A stretch of 64,000 nt of DNA from Candidatus Latescibacterota bacterium (GCA_965198115.1 OZ240241.1:2880001-2944000); one strand, 5' to 3'; shown: positions 48,625-59,688, numbered from the stretch's first letter. A program made the numbers and translations. The notes: generated from the sequence alone by a model not told the origin.

Positions 48625-50637
48625 GTGTCTGCAGAACCCGCAACAGACCAGATTTCTGACCCGTCGATAGACGGGAGCCTTTCCGCTTTTTCCGTCAGGG
48701 CCATCGGGACGGGCCTCGTCCTCGCGGCCTGGATCACCGTCTGGCCGTCCTACACGAGCCTCGTCCTCCACTCGTCTCGGGCCGATCATTGCCATCTTCC
48801 CATGGCGATGCTCATCCCCTACACGTTCCTGCTCATCGTCAACAGCAGACTCGAACGCTGGGGCAAGCCTAACTTCTCACCTTCCGAACTCCTGACCATC
48901 TGTTGTATCGGACTCGTCTCCGCCTGTATGCAGGGCGAGTTCCTGCCCGTCTACCTGCTCGAGATGATCTCGATGCCCTACTACTTCGCGTCGCCCGAGA
49001 ATCGATTCGAAGAATTGCTCCTCCCCCACATGCCCAAATGGACGACGCTGACCGATCGCAGCGTCGCCGAGGGCTTCTTCGAGGGTGTCCTTCCCGGAAC
49101 CCCTTTCCCCTGGGAGGCGTGGCTCTACCCGATCTTCGGGTGGGGTGCCCTGATCGCCGCCATCCTCTGCTTCAACCTGTGCGTCAGCGTCCTGTTGAGA
49201 AAGCAATGGATGGAACACGAGCGCCTCGCTTTCCCGGTCGCGACCGCCTTGCTGGAGCTGACCGGTGTTTCTGGCACTCGGGGCACGCTTGCCACCCTGG
49301 CGAAGAACCGCAAGTTTCAGATGGGTTTCGGCCTGACGCTGGCGATCATCACCTGGAACGTCACTACGTGGTTCACCGTGGGCGCCCCGATGTTTCCGTT
49401 CCTCGCGGGTCGCTACGGTCGCCACGTGATTCCGCTGAGCACCGGCTTTCCGCCATTGATCACCACGTTCGTCCTGCTGACGTTCACCCTTGGGTATTTC
49501 ACGAAGCTCGAGGTGCTCTTCAGCATGTGGTTCTTCCACGTGCTGGCGAAGATCCAGATCGGTCTGTTCAACCGCTTCGGACTCGAAATCACCCACGGCA
49601 ATCCTTTCGGATCCTCTCATCCCGCCGTGGGATGGATGTCCTTCGGCGGTATGATCGTTTTCGTCTGCTGGGGTCTCTTTACGGCGCGCCATCACTTCAG
49701 CGAGGTCTTCCGCCGGGCCTTTCTCAACGACAAGTCCGTCGACGATTCCGACGAGCTCATGTCGTATCGCACGGCTGTCTGGCTGCTGCTCGGAGCTGGC
49801 GCTTTTATCATCCTCTGGTTGAACCTGGCCGGCCTCAGCCTGTTCCCGGCGCTCACGTTTTGCTTCGGCACCTTTGTCCTCTACCTCGGGCTCGCCCGCA
49901 TCCTGGTCGAGAGCGGACTCGTCTATCTGCGATCACCCATCAGTGCTCAGGCCTTTACCTGGCACATTTTCGGTATCGCCGGTCTGGGGCCGTCGGGTGC
50001 CACCGGGCTGACACTCGCCCACGCTTTTGTCGCCGACGGAAAGACATTCACGATGGCGCAGTTCGCCCACGTGCCCCGACTCGCGATGGGCATCACCAAG
50101 CGGAGCCGCAAATCAATCGCGCCGGCCGTGATGGGTGGATGCATCATCGGCGGTCTCGCCGCCATCGGGTTCATCCTCTACCAGGGTTACCACGTGATGG
50201 GAAGCTATAACTTCGGGACAGCCGCATTCAAGGGCGTCGGCTCCCTCAACGCCGTCGCGTTCGGACGTCTCGCGGTCGGTCGCATCCAGGACGGCACGTG
50301 GGGCACAGACTGGACCCGCATGCTCTTCCTCGGCATCGGTGGAACGTTCACCGCGCTCATCTACTACCTGCGCTACCAGTTCGTCGGGTTCCCGATCCAT
50401 CCGATCGGCTTCACCATCTCCGCCATGAACGAGATGCAGGACAACGCCTTCACGATCTTCCTCATCTGGTCGATCAAGAACCTGATCCTCAAGATTGGCG
50501 GTCTCGAAAGCTATCGCCGAAACGCCCCATTCTTCCTCGGCATGATGATGGGCTACATCGCCGGCGTGGCCCTCGGTGTCGTCACTGACTTCTTCTGGTT
50601 CCCGGGCGCGGGGCATGAAATTCACTGCGACCCCTAG
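48625..50637 (+). CDS. Multi-pass membrane protein, DUF6785/DUF6784-like (OPT-related)
   Basis: LRKQW.EHERLAFP, FPIHPIG, PFFLG.MMG; many TM helices. Confidence 0.75.
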   Translation: MSAEPATDQISDPSIDGSLSAFSVRAIGTGLVLAAWITVWPSYTSLVLHSSRADHCHLPMAMLIPYTFLLIVNSRLERWGKPNFSPSELLTICCIGLVSACMQGEFLPVYLLEMISMPYYFASPENRFEELLLPHMPKWTTLTDRSVAEGFFEGVLPGTPFPWEAWLYPIFGWGALIAAILCFNLCVSVLLRKQWMEHERLAFPVATALLELTGVSGTRGTLATLAKNRKFQMGFGLTLAIITWNVTTWFTVGAPMFPFLAGRYGRHVIPLSTGFPPLITTFVLLTFTLGYFTKLEVLFSMWFFHVLAKIQIGLFNRFGLEITHGNPFGSSHPAVGWMSFGGMIVFVCWGLFTARHHFSEVFRRAFLNDKSVDDSDELMSYRTAVWLLLGAGAFIILWLNLAGLSLFPALTFCFGTFVLYLGLARILVESGLVYLRSPISAQAFTWHIFGIAGLGPSGATGLTLAHAFVADGKTFTMAQFAHVPRLAMGITKRSRKSIAPAVMGGCIIGGLAAIGFILYQGYHVMGSYNFGTAAFKGVGSLNAVAFGRLAVGRIQDGTWGTDWTRMLFLGIGGTFTALIYYLRYQFVGFPIHPIGFTISAMNEMQDNAFTIFLIWSIKNLILKIGGLESYRRNAPFFLGMMMGYIAGVALGVVTDFFWFPGAGHEIHCDP

Positions 50638-50765
50638 AAAGAGCCTGTTGGCGGTAGGTGGTCGACAGTCGGCGGAACCGACGGCTTCGCCTCTATAGAC
50701 AGCAGTTCAGGGACCTGGTCCCCGAACGTTGATCAACGAAGATCGAGTCAATGGAAGGGTAGAGA

Positions 50766-51239
50766 ATGGCACCCACGGACGATCCAGGTCTCGACGCCAT
50801 CGTGACTCTGCGCGAAATCACGTCTGAAACCGTCGGCGCCGTCTGCCGTCTGAGTCGCACGCTGGAGCCGCCCCGAGACAAATACGTCGCCGACAACGCC
50901 TTTTCTATCGCCCAGGCCCATTTCGAGGAACACGCCTGGTTTCGCGCTGTCTACGCCGATGAAACACCTGTCGGGTTCGTGATGATCAGCGATCGCCCGG
51001 ACATTCCGGAGTATTTTCTCTGGCGGTTCATGATTGCCGGGGATCACCACGGCAAGGGCTACGGAAGGCGGGCGATCGAGCTTCTCGTCGAGCACGTCAA
51101 AACGAGACCGGGCGCGACGGAACTTCTGACCAGTTGCGGCCAGGGCGACGGAAGTCCTGAGGGATTCTATCTGAGGCTGGGGTTCGAACACGATGGGCAG
51201 ATGCACGGGAAGGAAATCGGCCTGACGCTGAAGTTCTGA
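50766..51239 (+). CDS. GNAT acetyltransferase (spermidine acetyltransferase-like)
   Basis: VADNAFSIAQA, WRFMI...GKGYGR, FYLRLGF. Confidence 0.88.
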   Translation: MAPTDDPGLDAIVTLREITSETVGAVCRLSRTLEPPRDKYVADNAFSIAQAHFEEHAWFRAVYADETPVGFVMISDRPDIPEYFLWRFMIAGDHHGKGYGRRAIELLVEHVKTRPGATELLTSCGQGDGSPEGFYLRLGFEHDGQMHGKEIGLTLKF

Positions 51240-51380
51240 TGCAGCCAGAGTGAGAAACGCGAAGGGCTACGCTATCTGCAGCGTAGCCCCAGGCTCTCGA
51301 GATTGTTAGCTATTACTGCCGCCCACCGGAAAACGGATAACGGACCCCGGACAACGTCCTCGCGCCGCAAACTGTTGACG

Positions 51381-51545
51381 CTACTTGTTGCGAGTCGATC
51401 GGTTCTGAATCCTCCGAGTCGCCGCAATCGCAGCCTTTTGAGACTTTCTGACCTTCTGATCGGACCCTTTCCCGAACGCGGGGATATCAGGTTTCCGTCC
51501 CTTTGATTTGGGCCCCTTCTGTTTTCTTCCCTTGCCTTTACCCAT
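51381..51545 (-). CDS. Small Lys/Arg-rich protein (54 aa), absent from the ORF track
   Basis: GAGGAAGGAG RBS; MGKGKGRKQKGPKSKGRKPDIPAFGKGSDQKVRKSQKAAIAATRRIQNRSTRNK*. Confidence 0.55.
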   Translation of the reverse strand: MGKGKGRKQKGPKSKGRKPDIPAFGKGSDQKVRKSQKAAIAATRRIQNRSTRNK

Positions 51546-51647
51546 CGCCTGTCTCCTTCCTCAATTTGGCAACGCCCGCAAGAAATAGGACCGTGCACCG
51601 AGGTGGCGGGTTTCAAGCTGCCTGTGCCCGCCGCCCTGAAGACGCTG

Positions 51648-53618
51648 CTAACGTTTTTCCTCGATCCGTTCCCGATGCCTCAAGATACTCGTTACGAGTC
51701 CCTCGGGCGACAACCCGACCTCTTCGAGCAGCATCTTCCTCGGGCCGTGCTCGATGAATCGATCGGGCAAACCCAGATTGACGACCTTCTGCCCGGCGCG
51801 CAACCGATCGCCCAGGTAGGAGGCAACGGATGCTCCAAAGCCACCCTCGATTGCGTTCTCCTCGACGGTAACGATCAGATCGTGTGTGTCGGCGACGGCC
51901 GAAAGCGCCGACACATCCATCGGCTTCACGAAACGGGCGTTGACGAGCGTCGCCTCGATGCCGTCCTCTTTTAGTCGACCCATCGCCTGCAGTGACATCT
52001 CAACCATCGTTCCCGACGCCAGAATGGCGACGTCGCGTCCCTCCGCAAGCATCTCCCACGACCCGATCGGAATCGTCTCCGGTGCACGCCCCTCTGTGGC
52101 GGGGCGTGGCACACTGTCTCGCGGATAGCGTATCGCGAATGGTCTATCCGATTGCTGGATCGCCGTGTAGAGCAGGTCTCGCAGCTCATCGCCATCCTTC
52201 GGCGCCGCGACGATGAAGTTCGGCACGCACATCAGATAAGACAGATCGATCGCCCCGTGATGCGTCGGACCATCTTCACCGACCAGACCCGCGCGATCGA
52301 GACAGAACGTCACCGGGATCGATTGGATTGCGACATCGTGAACGATCTGATCGTAGGCCCTCTGAAGAAAAGTCGAGTAAATCGCAGCCACGGGTCGGCC
52401 CCCTTCGAGCGCCATTCCGGCGGAGAACGTGACCGCGTGCTGTTCGGCGATTCCGACATCGAACGTGCGGTCGGGAAAAGCCTCCGCAAAACCGCTCAAA
52501 CCCGTTCCTTCGATCATCGCTGCCGTGATGGCACAAACCCGACTGTCGTCTGTGGCGATCTCCTGTAACGCCTCCCCAAATACGTCCTGGTATCTTGGCA
52601 AGGACGGCGTGCTCGACTTCGGTTTCGGGGGGCTCAGAGCGTGATACTTGGTAGACCCTGCACCGTAGGGATCTTCTGTCTCCTCCGAGATCGCGCCTTT
52701 TCCCTTGATCGTGTGAATGTGCAGCAACGTAGGCCCGGGCAGGTACTTGATGTTGTTCAGCGTATTCACGAGCTCGGGCAGGTCGTGACCATCGATCGGT
52801 CCGAAGTAGCGGAAACCCATTTCCTCGAACACGATGCCTGGCACAAGCATCCCCTTCAATCCCTCCTCGAATCCACTCAGCGCTCGCTGGACATTCTCAC
52901 CAACAACCGGAACGGTTCCCGCCAGATTCCAGACACCTTCCTTCACACGACGATACAAAGGGTCGTCGGTGATCCTCTGGCGGAATCGGTTGTAGGTCGG
53001 GTCTGAAATGATCCGTGTCAGGTATCGCGAGAGCCCCCCCACGTTGGGGGAGATCGACATCCGATTGTCGTTCAGTATCACCAGGATGTCGCTATCCGAC
53101 GCTCCCGCATTGTTGAGACCTTCGAGCGAAATGCCGCTCGTCATAGCCCCGTCACCGATCACGGCGACCACCTTACGCTTCTCGCCCAACAGATCCCGCA
53201 TCGCGGCAAACCCCAGGGCCGCCGAGATCGACGTCCCCGCGTGACCCACTCCAAACGTGTCGTAAGGGCTCTCGGATCGATTGGGAAACCCGCTGATCCC
53301 GTCCGCTTTTCGAATCTGCTTCAGCGCTTCTCTTCGTCCCGTCAGAACCTTGTGACCATAGGTTTGGTGTCCGACGTCCCACACGATGCGATCCTCCGGC
53401 GTGTCGAACACCGAGTGGAGCGCAACGGTCAATTCGTTCGCGCCCAGACTGGACCCGAAGTGGCCACCTACCGACGTCACCACCTCGATGATATAAGCCC
53501 TGAGCTCATCTGCAACCTGCTGGAGCTCGGAAAGATCGAGTTTCCGGAGATCGGCCGGCGATTGGATCGTTTCAAGCAAGGACGTGGGCTTTTCGGTATT
53601 CAATTCTCGATTCCCCAT
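51648..53618 (-). CDS. dxs: 1-deoxy-D-xylulose-5-phosphate synthase
   Basis: GGHFGSSLG, WDVGHQTY.HK, GDGAMT, DVGIAEQHAVT, DRAGLVGEDGPTHHG. Confidence 0.97.
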   Translation of the reverse strand: MGNRELNTEKPTSLLETIQSPADLRKLDLSELQQVADELRAYIIEVVTSVGGHFGSSLGANELTVALHSVFDTPEDRIVWDVGHQTYGHKVLTGRREALKQIRKADGISGFPNRSESPYDTFGVGHAGTSISAALGFAAMRDLLGEKRKVVAVIGDGAMTSGISLEGLNNAGASDSDILVILNDNRMSISPNVGGLSRYLTRIISDPTYNRFRQRITDDPLYRRVKEGVWNLAGTVPVVGENVQRALSGFEEGLKGMLVPGIVFEEMGFRYFGPIDGHDLPELVNTLNNIKYLPGPTLLHIHTIKGKGAISEETEDPYGAGSTKYHALSPPKPKSSTPSLPRYQDVFGEALQEIATDDSRVCAITAAMIEGTGLSGFAEAFPDRTFDVGIAEQHAVTFSAGMALEGGRPVAAIYSTFLQRAYDQIVHDVAIQSIPVTFCLDRAGLVGEDGPTHHGAIDLSYLMCVPNFIVAAPKDGDELRDLLYTAIQQSDRPFAIRYPRDSVPRPATEGRAPETIPIGSWEMLAEGRDVAILASGTMVEMSLQAMGRLKEDGIEATLVNARFVKPMDVSALSAVADTHDLIVTVEENAIEGGFGASVASYLGDRLRAGQKVVNLGLPDRFIEHGPRKMLLEEVGLSPEGLVTSILRHRERIEEKR

Positions 53619-53775
53619 TCTCGGTTCCCGGTTCCCGTGCCATTGTGAGTAAATGTAGGAAACCCGATCGAAGAGAGAAAGATCCTTAGCGTTTGGTTCC
53701 TGTGCGCAACATCCACATTTTTAGGCGTGTAATGGGGTACCTTTCTCTGTTTAACGTGCTTCGGAGGACTCGTGG

Positions 53776-54954
53776 ATGATCGATTTCGAAGACCGTGCCG
53801 TCAGTGATCTTCTCGAACTGCTGCCGATCCCCGGCCCGCCGGCAGGTGAGCGCGCGGTGGCCGAGCATCTTCGTGGTCGTCTGATTGCGCTCGGCGTACC
53901 CGCTACCCGCATTGTATCCGATCGGGCGCAGGACCAGAGCGAATACGGTGGCGACACGGGCAACCTCATCGTCCGCCTCGACGGCCGTGGACAGGGCGAA
54001 CGCTGGATGTTCAGTACGCATATGGACACCGTACCGGGAGCGGTCGGTACGCGACCTCGCATCGAGTCAGATGAGATCTCAAGCGATGTGGCCGACAAAG
54101 CATTGGGCGGCGACAACCGTGCCGGATGCGCTGTCGTCCTTCAAGTCGCGGAGGCGCTCATCGCACGCAACGGCGACCACGCCCCGGTTACCCTCGTTTT
54201 CTTCATTCAGGAAGAAGTCGGTCTCGTAGGAGCGCGAGGCCTCGATCTCGATCGAGTCGGAGAGCCACGTCCCACCTGCTGCTTCAACTTCGATGGGGGT
54301 GCACCCGACGAACTCGTCACTGCCGTCATCGGAACCGAAAGATTCAACATCGACGTCGAAGGCATTCCTGTTCACGCGGGATCACGCCCCGAACAGGGCA
54401 TCTCTGCCACAGCCATCGCGGCCGTGGCAATCGCCGATCTGGAACGCGGTGGCTGGAATGGTAAAATCATAAACGACGAGGGAGAGGGATCCGCCAACAT
54501 CGGAACGATCAGCGGCGGTACGGGGACTAACGTCGTCATGCCGAACCTCCACATCCTCGCCGAGGCGCGCTCGCACAGCCCCGAATTTCGCAAGACCATC
54601 ATCGAAACGTGGCGTGACACGTTCGAAGGCGCCGCCGCCACACTGACCAACACACACGGTCAACACGGCAGCGTCCGGTTTTCCTCTGGACCGACCTACG
54701 AGCCCTTTTCATTGCCTGACGATGCACCCGTCATACGAGTGGTCGAAGCCGCTGCTTCACGTTGTGGCTTCGAGACGACCAACGTCATCAACAACGGCGG
54801 CATGGACGCCAACTGGATCGTCGCTCACGGCATCCCGGCAGTCACGATCGGTGTCGGCCAGCGGAATGCGCACACCCCGGATGAGCGGCTCGACCTGTAT
54901 CGTTTCCGTACGGCTTGTCGACTCGCCGTCGCGATCGCTGAGTCGCACGACTGA
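53776..54954 (+). CDS. M20 family peptidase (peptidase T-like)
   Basis: THMDTV, LGGDNRAG, QEEVGLVGA, GGMDAN, AHTPDE. Confidence 0.9.
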   Translation: MIDFEDRAVSDLLELLPIPGPPAGERAVAEHLRGRLIALGVPATRIVSDRAQDQSEYGGDTGNLIVRLDGRGQGERWMFSTHMDTVPGAVGTRPRIESDEISSDVADKALGGDNRAGCAVVLQVAEALIARNGDHAPVTLVFFIQEEVGLVGARGLDLDRVGEPRPTCCFNFDGGAPDELVTAVIGTERFNIDVEGIPVHAGSRPEQGISATAIAAVAIADLERGGWNGKIINDEGEGSANIGTISGGTGTNVVMPNLHILAEARSHSPEFRKTIIETWRDTFEGAAATLTNTHGQHGSVRFSSGPTYEPFSLPDDAPVIRVVEAAASRCGFETTNVINNGGMDANWIVAHGIPAVTIGVGQRNAHTPDERLDLYRFRTACRLAVAIAESHD

Positions 54955-54977
54955 GGCATCCCGGTATACACGTCTCC

Positions 54978-55475
54978 GTGGGAAATGTTCACATTACATT
55001 TGCGGTCCTCTTTCTCGCCCTTCTCGTCGGCTGCGGCGGCACGTCAGTCGGTCCAGAGACCGACCTCGCCCGACAGGCACACGAAGCCGGGTTCTCGGTC
55101 TCGGAAAATATCGTGACGCTCAAACCGTTGGTCCTCTGCGCTCGAGACGGACTGGGCGAGCGGATCGTGATCGTAGCGACCGAAGTCATCATCGACCATC
55201 CCGATTCGAACATCCTGAATCCAGTTCCGCTGATCTACAGCAATATCACCGGAACCGGCGATTTCACCCGTACGGTGTATCAGGCTCAGCCGATCGAATT
55301 CACGGGTCAGCAACCCGGCCAGCCGATCCCTCAGGGCGCACGAACCGCCACCGTGCGGCTTCGATTCACGAACGTGGCTCACACTTTCACGTGCGATGTC
55401 ACAGTCCGCTGGTTGCTCGATGCGGAGAGCCGGGTAGAGGTGTTGCAGCGGTTTGTCGATGTGAACTGCGGATAG
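54978..55475 (+). CDS. Hypothetical lipoprotein
   Basis: Lipobox LLVGC after a hydrophobic stretch. Confidence 0.6.
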   Translation: MGNVHITFAVLFLALLVGCGGTSVGPETDLARQAHEAGFSVSENIVTLKPLVLCARDGLGERIVIVATEVIIDHPDSNILNPVPLIYSNITGTGDFTRTVYQAQPIEFTGQQPGQPIPQGARTATVRLRFTNVAHTFTCDVTVRWLLDAESRVEVLQRFVDVNCG

Positions 55476-55484
55476 AAAACCGAC

Positions 55485-56624
55485 CTACTGATGAGCCAGG
55501 AGAGTCGCCACGACCTTCTGAAAAACTTCCACGCCGCACTTTGATCCCGCGTGCTTGCCCGCTGTGCCGTTGTTCAGTTCGTAGAACGCGTGGGGGATGC
55601 CGAATCGCTTTGCCATCTGATAGCACAGGGTGTTCGGGCGATGGATGCTGGCGCGTTCGTGTGTGGACGGGGCATCCGTCCTCAGCCGCAGGGTATCGCA
55701 TAAGGCGTCGTAAAGACGTTTCTGCTCGGGATCCTGAAAAAGACCACGATCCTCGACCTCATACCATCCGTGATACGGATACTCGCTGTTGAGCTGCCAT
55801 CCCGTGTAAGCGTGGAAATTGATCCACAGTGCCGGCCGCTCGTCACGAATCCACGCCCAGAACAGCCGACTTTCGTGCGCCTCGGGTTCCTCGGCATCGG
55901 GATCTTCTCCGAACGCCTGATACATATCCATCCCCTCGGCATTGAAAGCGCTGTTTCCCGCCACGTTCCCGTCAGGATTCACGATCGGCACGACAAACAC
56001 CTCTGCCCCGTCACGGATCAGCCTGGCCTCCGGTATTCGTGAGAACACGAGATCCGCGATTCCCAGCGCCGCCCAAACGCCGCCGTGCTCGTGTGGGTGC
56101 TGTCCAGCGACGCAGAACACTTTCGGTTTCCCCGGTGTCCCTGCTCGGAGTCCGGTGATGTCACGCCCCTCGACCGTCTGCCCCACGCTGATTCTTTCAC
56201 AGCGATCGCCCCGGTCCACGCCATACTCTTCCAGACACGCCGCCACCTCGCTGTAGGGCGCCACGTAGGTTTCTGCCACACGCAGTCGCCCATCCTCCCC
56301 GACCGGAACACGAAACGTGATGTGCCCATCGTCACACTCCGGGAGTTGACCTCGAAGCGGGCGGTAGCGATGGAAGTCGACAGGCTTGATCCAGATCGTC
56401 GTCGGGAAGACCCGTCCGAATGTCGTCGGCTCACCGAACTTCGAGTCCCCATAAACATCGACCCTCACATCGGCTTCAGGCCCTTCATTCATCAGGTCGA
56501 AACAGAAGTAGCTGCCATATCCTGTTTGCTTGTCCGCTTCGACCTCAAAACGAAAATGTGCGTCGCCCAGCTGCTCAATGGCTTTGCTGTTTCCGCATTC
56601 GAAGTCGGTCGTGAGTGTGAGCAT
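55485..56624 (-). CDS. M14 zinc carboxypeptidase
   Basis: TDFECGN, GQHPHE, VPIVNPDG, INFHA. Confidence 0.88.
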   Translation of the reverse strand: MLTLTTDFECGNSKAIEQLGDAHFRFEVEADKQTGYGSYFCFDLMNEGPEADVRVDVYGDSKFGEPTTFGRVFPTTIWIKPVDFHRYRPLRGQLPECDDGHITFRVPVGEDGRLRVAETYVAPYSEVAACLEEYGVDRGDRCERISVGQTVEGRDITGLRAGTPGKPKVFCVAGQHPHEHGGVWAALGIADLVFSRIPEARLIRDGAEVFVVPIVNPDGNVAGNSAFNAEGMDMYQAFGEDPDAEEPEAHESRLFWAWIRDERPALWINFHAYTGWQLNSEYPYHGWYEVEDRGLFQDPEQKRLYDALCDTLRLRTDAPSTHERASIHRPNTLCYQMAKRFGIPHAFYELNNGTAGKHAGSKCGVEVFQKVVATLLAHQ

Positions 56625-56872
56625 AGGCGTTCTCACCCATCAGGCGTCAAGAAAGGCTGTCCGTGTTCACGCGACTGTAGAATAGAGACTCGGCCCGACG
56701 GGAGCAATCAAAGAGGCAAAGAACACGACCCGGAGCCGTGCAGCGGTTAGGTGGGCGGCGGTCCTCTGTCCTGTCTCCGCTTCTCTGAATCACGTTGGGC
56801 CCACCCCCCGATCTCCATATCATCTATGCTAGCGTCAATCTTGATCCATTAAAGTTACCCAGGAGGAGAACC

Positions 56873-57870
56873 GTGTTTTCGTTCGCACCCATCTGTTTTG
56901 TGCTGACCCTGAGTGTGGTGTCTTCGATCGCTGAGTCTCTCAGACCCGTCTCGACCTACTCCATCGTCGCCAGAGACTCCGTGACTGGCGAGCTCGGCGT
57001 GGCTGTCCAGTCCCACTGATTTTCTGTCGGACCCATCGTGCCTTGGGCAGCCTCCGGCGTGGGTGCCGTCGCAACGCAATCGCTCGTCGACCCGGCCTAC
57101 GGCCCTCTCGGCCTCGAACTGATGGCCAGGGGTCGGTCCGCGCCGGAAACGCTCAAGGGCCTTCTCGCGTCGGACTCCGGGGCCGATGTCCGGCAGGTTG
57201 CTGTCGTCGACGCATCTGGCAGAGTGGCTGCCCATACCGGAGCGCGCGCGATTTCTGCCGCAGGCCATCGAACAGGAGCTCAGTACTCCGTCCAGGCTAA
57301 CCTGATGGAAAACAGCACCGTGTGGGATGCCATGGCCGCCGCGTATGAGGGATCGACGGGTGACCACGCCGAACGTCTCCTGCTCGCGCTGGAGGCGGCA
57401 GAAAAAGAAGGCGGTGACATTCGGGGGCGTCAGTCTGCGGCCATGTTGATCGTGCGAGGGGAGACGACGGGGAAGTTCTGGGTCGATCGCATATTCGATC
57501 TGCGTGTCGAAGATCACCCGGAACCGTTACGGGAACTGAGAAGACTCGTTCAGCTTCAGCGCGCTTATCTCAAGCTGAACGAAGGCGACGAATGGCTCGA
57601 AAAGAACGACTTCGAAAAGGCGTTGGAAGCCTACCACAGCGCTACCGAGATCGTCCCCGACGCGGCAACCGGCGGTGAGGCCGCCTTTTGGGTGGGTGTC
57701 ACGCTCTTAAGCAGAAACCGGGAGTCGGAGGCTTTGCCCTATCTCCATCGTGCTCAGTCACAACGAAAAATGGGTCCAACTCATTCCGCGATTACCGGCG
57801 AGCGGTCTGCTGCCCGACGAGGCAGCGCTGATCGACAGGGTCACTCAATCGATGCGGGCACAGAGGTAAC
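56873..57870 (+). pseudogene. DUF1028 (Ntn-hydrolase-like) protein with TPR tail; in-frame TGA at 57017 and a late frameshift
   Basis: TYSIVARD..TGELGVAVQSH*FSVG..VPWA..GVGAVATQS; GGDIRGRQSAA; DLRVEDH. Confidence 0.85.
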
Positions 57871-58036
57871 CAGGCACTGTAAGACAGCTTGCGGCCCGGC
57901 AATTCCACCCCAACGGGCAAGAGCGACCATTGGGCGCTGCTCTGATTAATCAGAAACGGACGGCCATTCCTCGGTCCCTTGCTCGGCCGGGACACCCGAT
58001 ATACCTTCAGTCGAATCGAACGAGGGGGAGGCTCAC

Positions 58037-58804
58037 GTGTCGCTGACAGTCGCTGGCTACCAGATGGCTGTGACGCAGGATGTCGACTGCAACGTCCAAA
58101 AGCTCATCTCAGCCATCGAGCGAGCGGCCGGCAAAGGCGCCGACATTCTGCTCACACCCGAAGGGTCGCTCAGCGGCTACACGCCGACCTTCGACGTCGC
58201 CACCGTTGAGGCGGCACTCCACACGGTCACCCAAGCCGCGGTCGACCATCGAATCGGACTCGCCCTCGGCACCTGTTTCGTCGAGAAAGACGGAAACTGC
58301 TACAACCAGGTTCGCTTCTACAGGTCGGACGGCACATTCATCGGGTTCCACAGCAAAATCCTGCGTTGTGGCAGCCTCGACGACCCGCCGAAGGGAGAGA
58401 TCAACGATTACACAGCCACCGATCTTCGCACTTTCGATCTGTCGGGGCTCGAGGCAGGGAGCCTGATCTGCAACGACCTCTGGGCGAATCCCTGCTGCAC
58501 CCCCGTGCCCGATCCTCACCTGACGCAGCAGCTTTCGAACATGGGCGCCCGGATCGTGTTTCACGCAGTCAACGGCGGCAGGAACGGAGGGGAAGGCTCC
58601 AAGGTCGCCTGGCAGTATCACGAATCGAACCTTCGAATGAGAGTTCGCGCAGGCGGTCTCTGGCTCGTCACGGTAGACAGCGCCGAACCGATCACGATTC
58701 CGTGCTCGTCACCGTCCGGCGTGATCGACCCCGAGGGACGTTGGGCCTGTCAGACCGACGACACGGGCGAGGCGCTGTTCGTGCATCGCATTGACTTCAA
58801 CTGA
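58037..58804 (+). CDS. Carbon-nitrogen hydrolase (nitrilase family)
   Basis: TPEGSLSGY, HSK, LICNDLW (E-K-C triad). Confidence 0.88.
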   Translation: MSLTVAGYQMAVTQDVDCNVQKLISAIERAAGKGADILLTPEGSLSGYTPTFDVATVEAALHTVTQAAVDHRIGLALGTCFVEKDGNCYNQVRFYRSDGTFIGFHSKILRCGSLDDPPKGEINDYTATDLRTFDLSGLEAGSLICNDLWANPCCTPVPDPHLTQQLSNMGARIVFHAVNGGRNGGEGSKVAWQYHESNLRMRVRAGGLWLVTVDSAEPITIPCSSPSGVIDPEGRWACQTDDTGEALFVHRIDFN

Positions 58805-58814
58805 GGTGAATAGC

Positions 58815-59597
58815 GTGACCAACACCGAGGTCGATCCAGCGCAGATCGAATCGTGGGTCGAAGCTTTCAATCGCGACGGCTGTCTGTTCCTCGAGGACGT
58901 CCTGTCGGCAGAGCTGTGCGCCGAACTGCGTGACGACCTCGACAGGGCGATCGACGAACATCCAGAAATGAAGAACAAGAAGTCAGGCATGCATCTCGTG
59001 CCCCGAATGTTCGAGACGAGCCCAGCGAACCTGAGCCTGTTCGACTTCGAGCCCATTGTCTCCTTCGCCGAAGCGCTCGTGGCCGAAAACTGCCACGTCA
59101 TTCACAACAACTCCTTCAGAACGTACCCCGGAGGGGGCATCGTCCGCTGGCACCAGGACGACAAGCCCCATCTCCTCGTCACCGAGGGCGAACCACCCAA
59201 GAACATTCGACTGCCCGTGCTTGTTTTCACGTGCAACTACTACCTGACCGACGTGACCGAGCGTGAACACGGAGGCACCGAGGTCGTTCCCGGATCCCAC
59301 CTCTTCGGCGCACCCCCACCCGATGTCATCGAGGGCACCGAGTGGGAAGACCGTGTCCAATACAACCTTGGAAAAGCCGGAAGCGTCATCATGTTCAACA
59401 ACCAGGTGTGGCATCGTGGAGGCCCGAACCGCACGGAACGTACACGCTACATCACGCAGATCACCTATGGCCGGCGCATCATCGGCCACAAGTATCACCC
59501 GTTCATGAACTACACCATGCCCGAGCACGTTTACGCGGGGACCGACGAGCGAAAGAAGCGTCTTCTCGGGTTCCTCCCGAGTGGGGCGTACGGGTAG
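58815..59597 (+). CDS. PhyH family dioxygenase
   Basis: WHQD, GGTEVVPGSH, WHRGGPN. Confidence 0.88.
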   Translation: MTNTEVDPAQIESWVEAFNRDGCLFLEDVLSAELCAELRDDLDRAIDEHPEMKNKKSGMHLVPRMFETSPANLSLFDFEPIVSFAEALVAENCHVIHNNSFRTYPGGGIVRWHQDDKPHLLVTEGEPPKNIRLPVLVFTCNYYLTDVTEREHGGTEVVPGSHLFGAPPPDVIEGTEWEDRVQYNLGKAGSVIMFNNQVWHRGGPNRTERTRYITQITYGRRIIGHKYHPFMNYTMPEHVYAGTDERKKRLLGFLPSGAYG

Positions 59598-59688
59598 GTC
59601 GAATCATCGAAAAACGAAGAATTCCATCATTCCGACAGTCCTGGCCCTCGGCTGCTGGGTGCAGGCAACACGACACCAGGAGAAATGA

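Noticed and set aside
57017-57019. TGA recoded as Trp or Sec in the DUF1028 gene
   Set aside because: TGA terminates many intact genes here, TGG is used for Trp, the position is a Trp rather than Cys site, and the gene has a second lesion.
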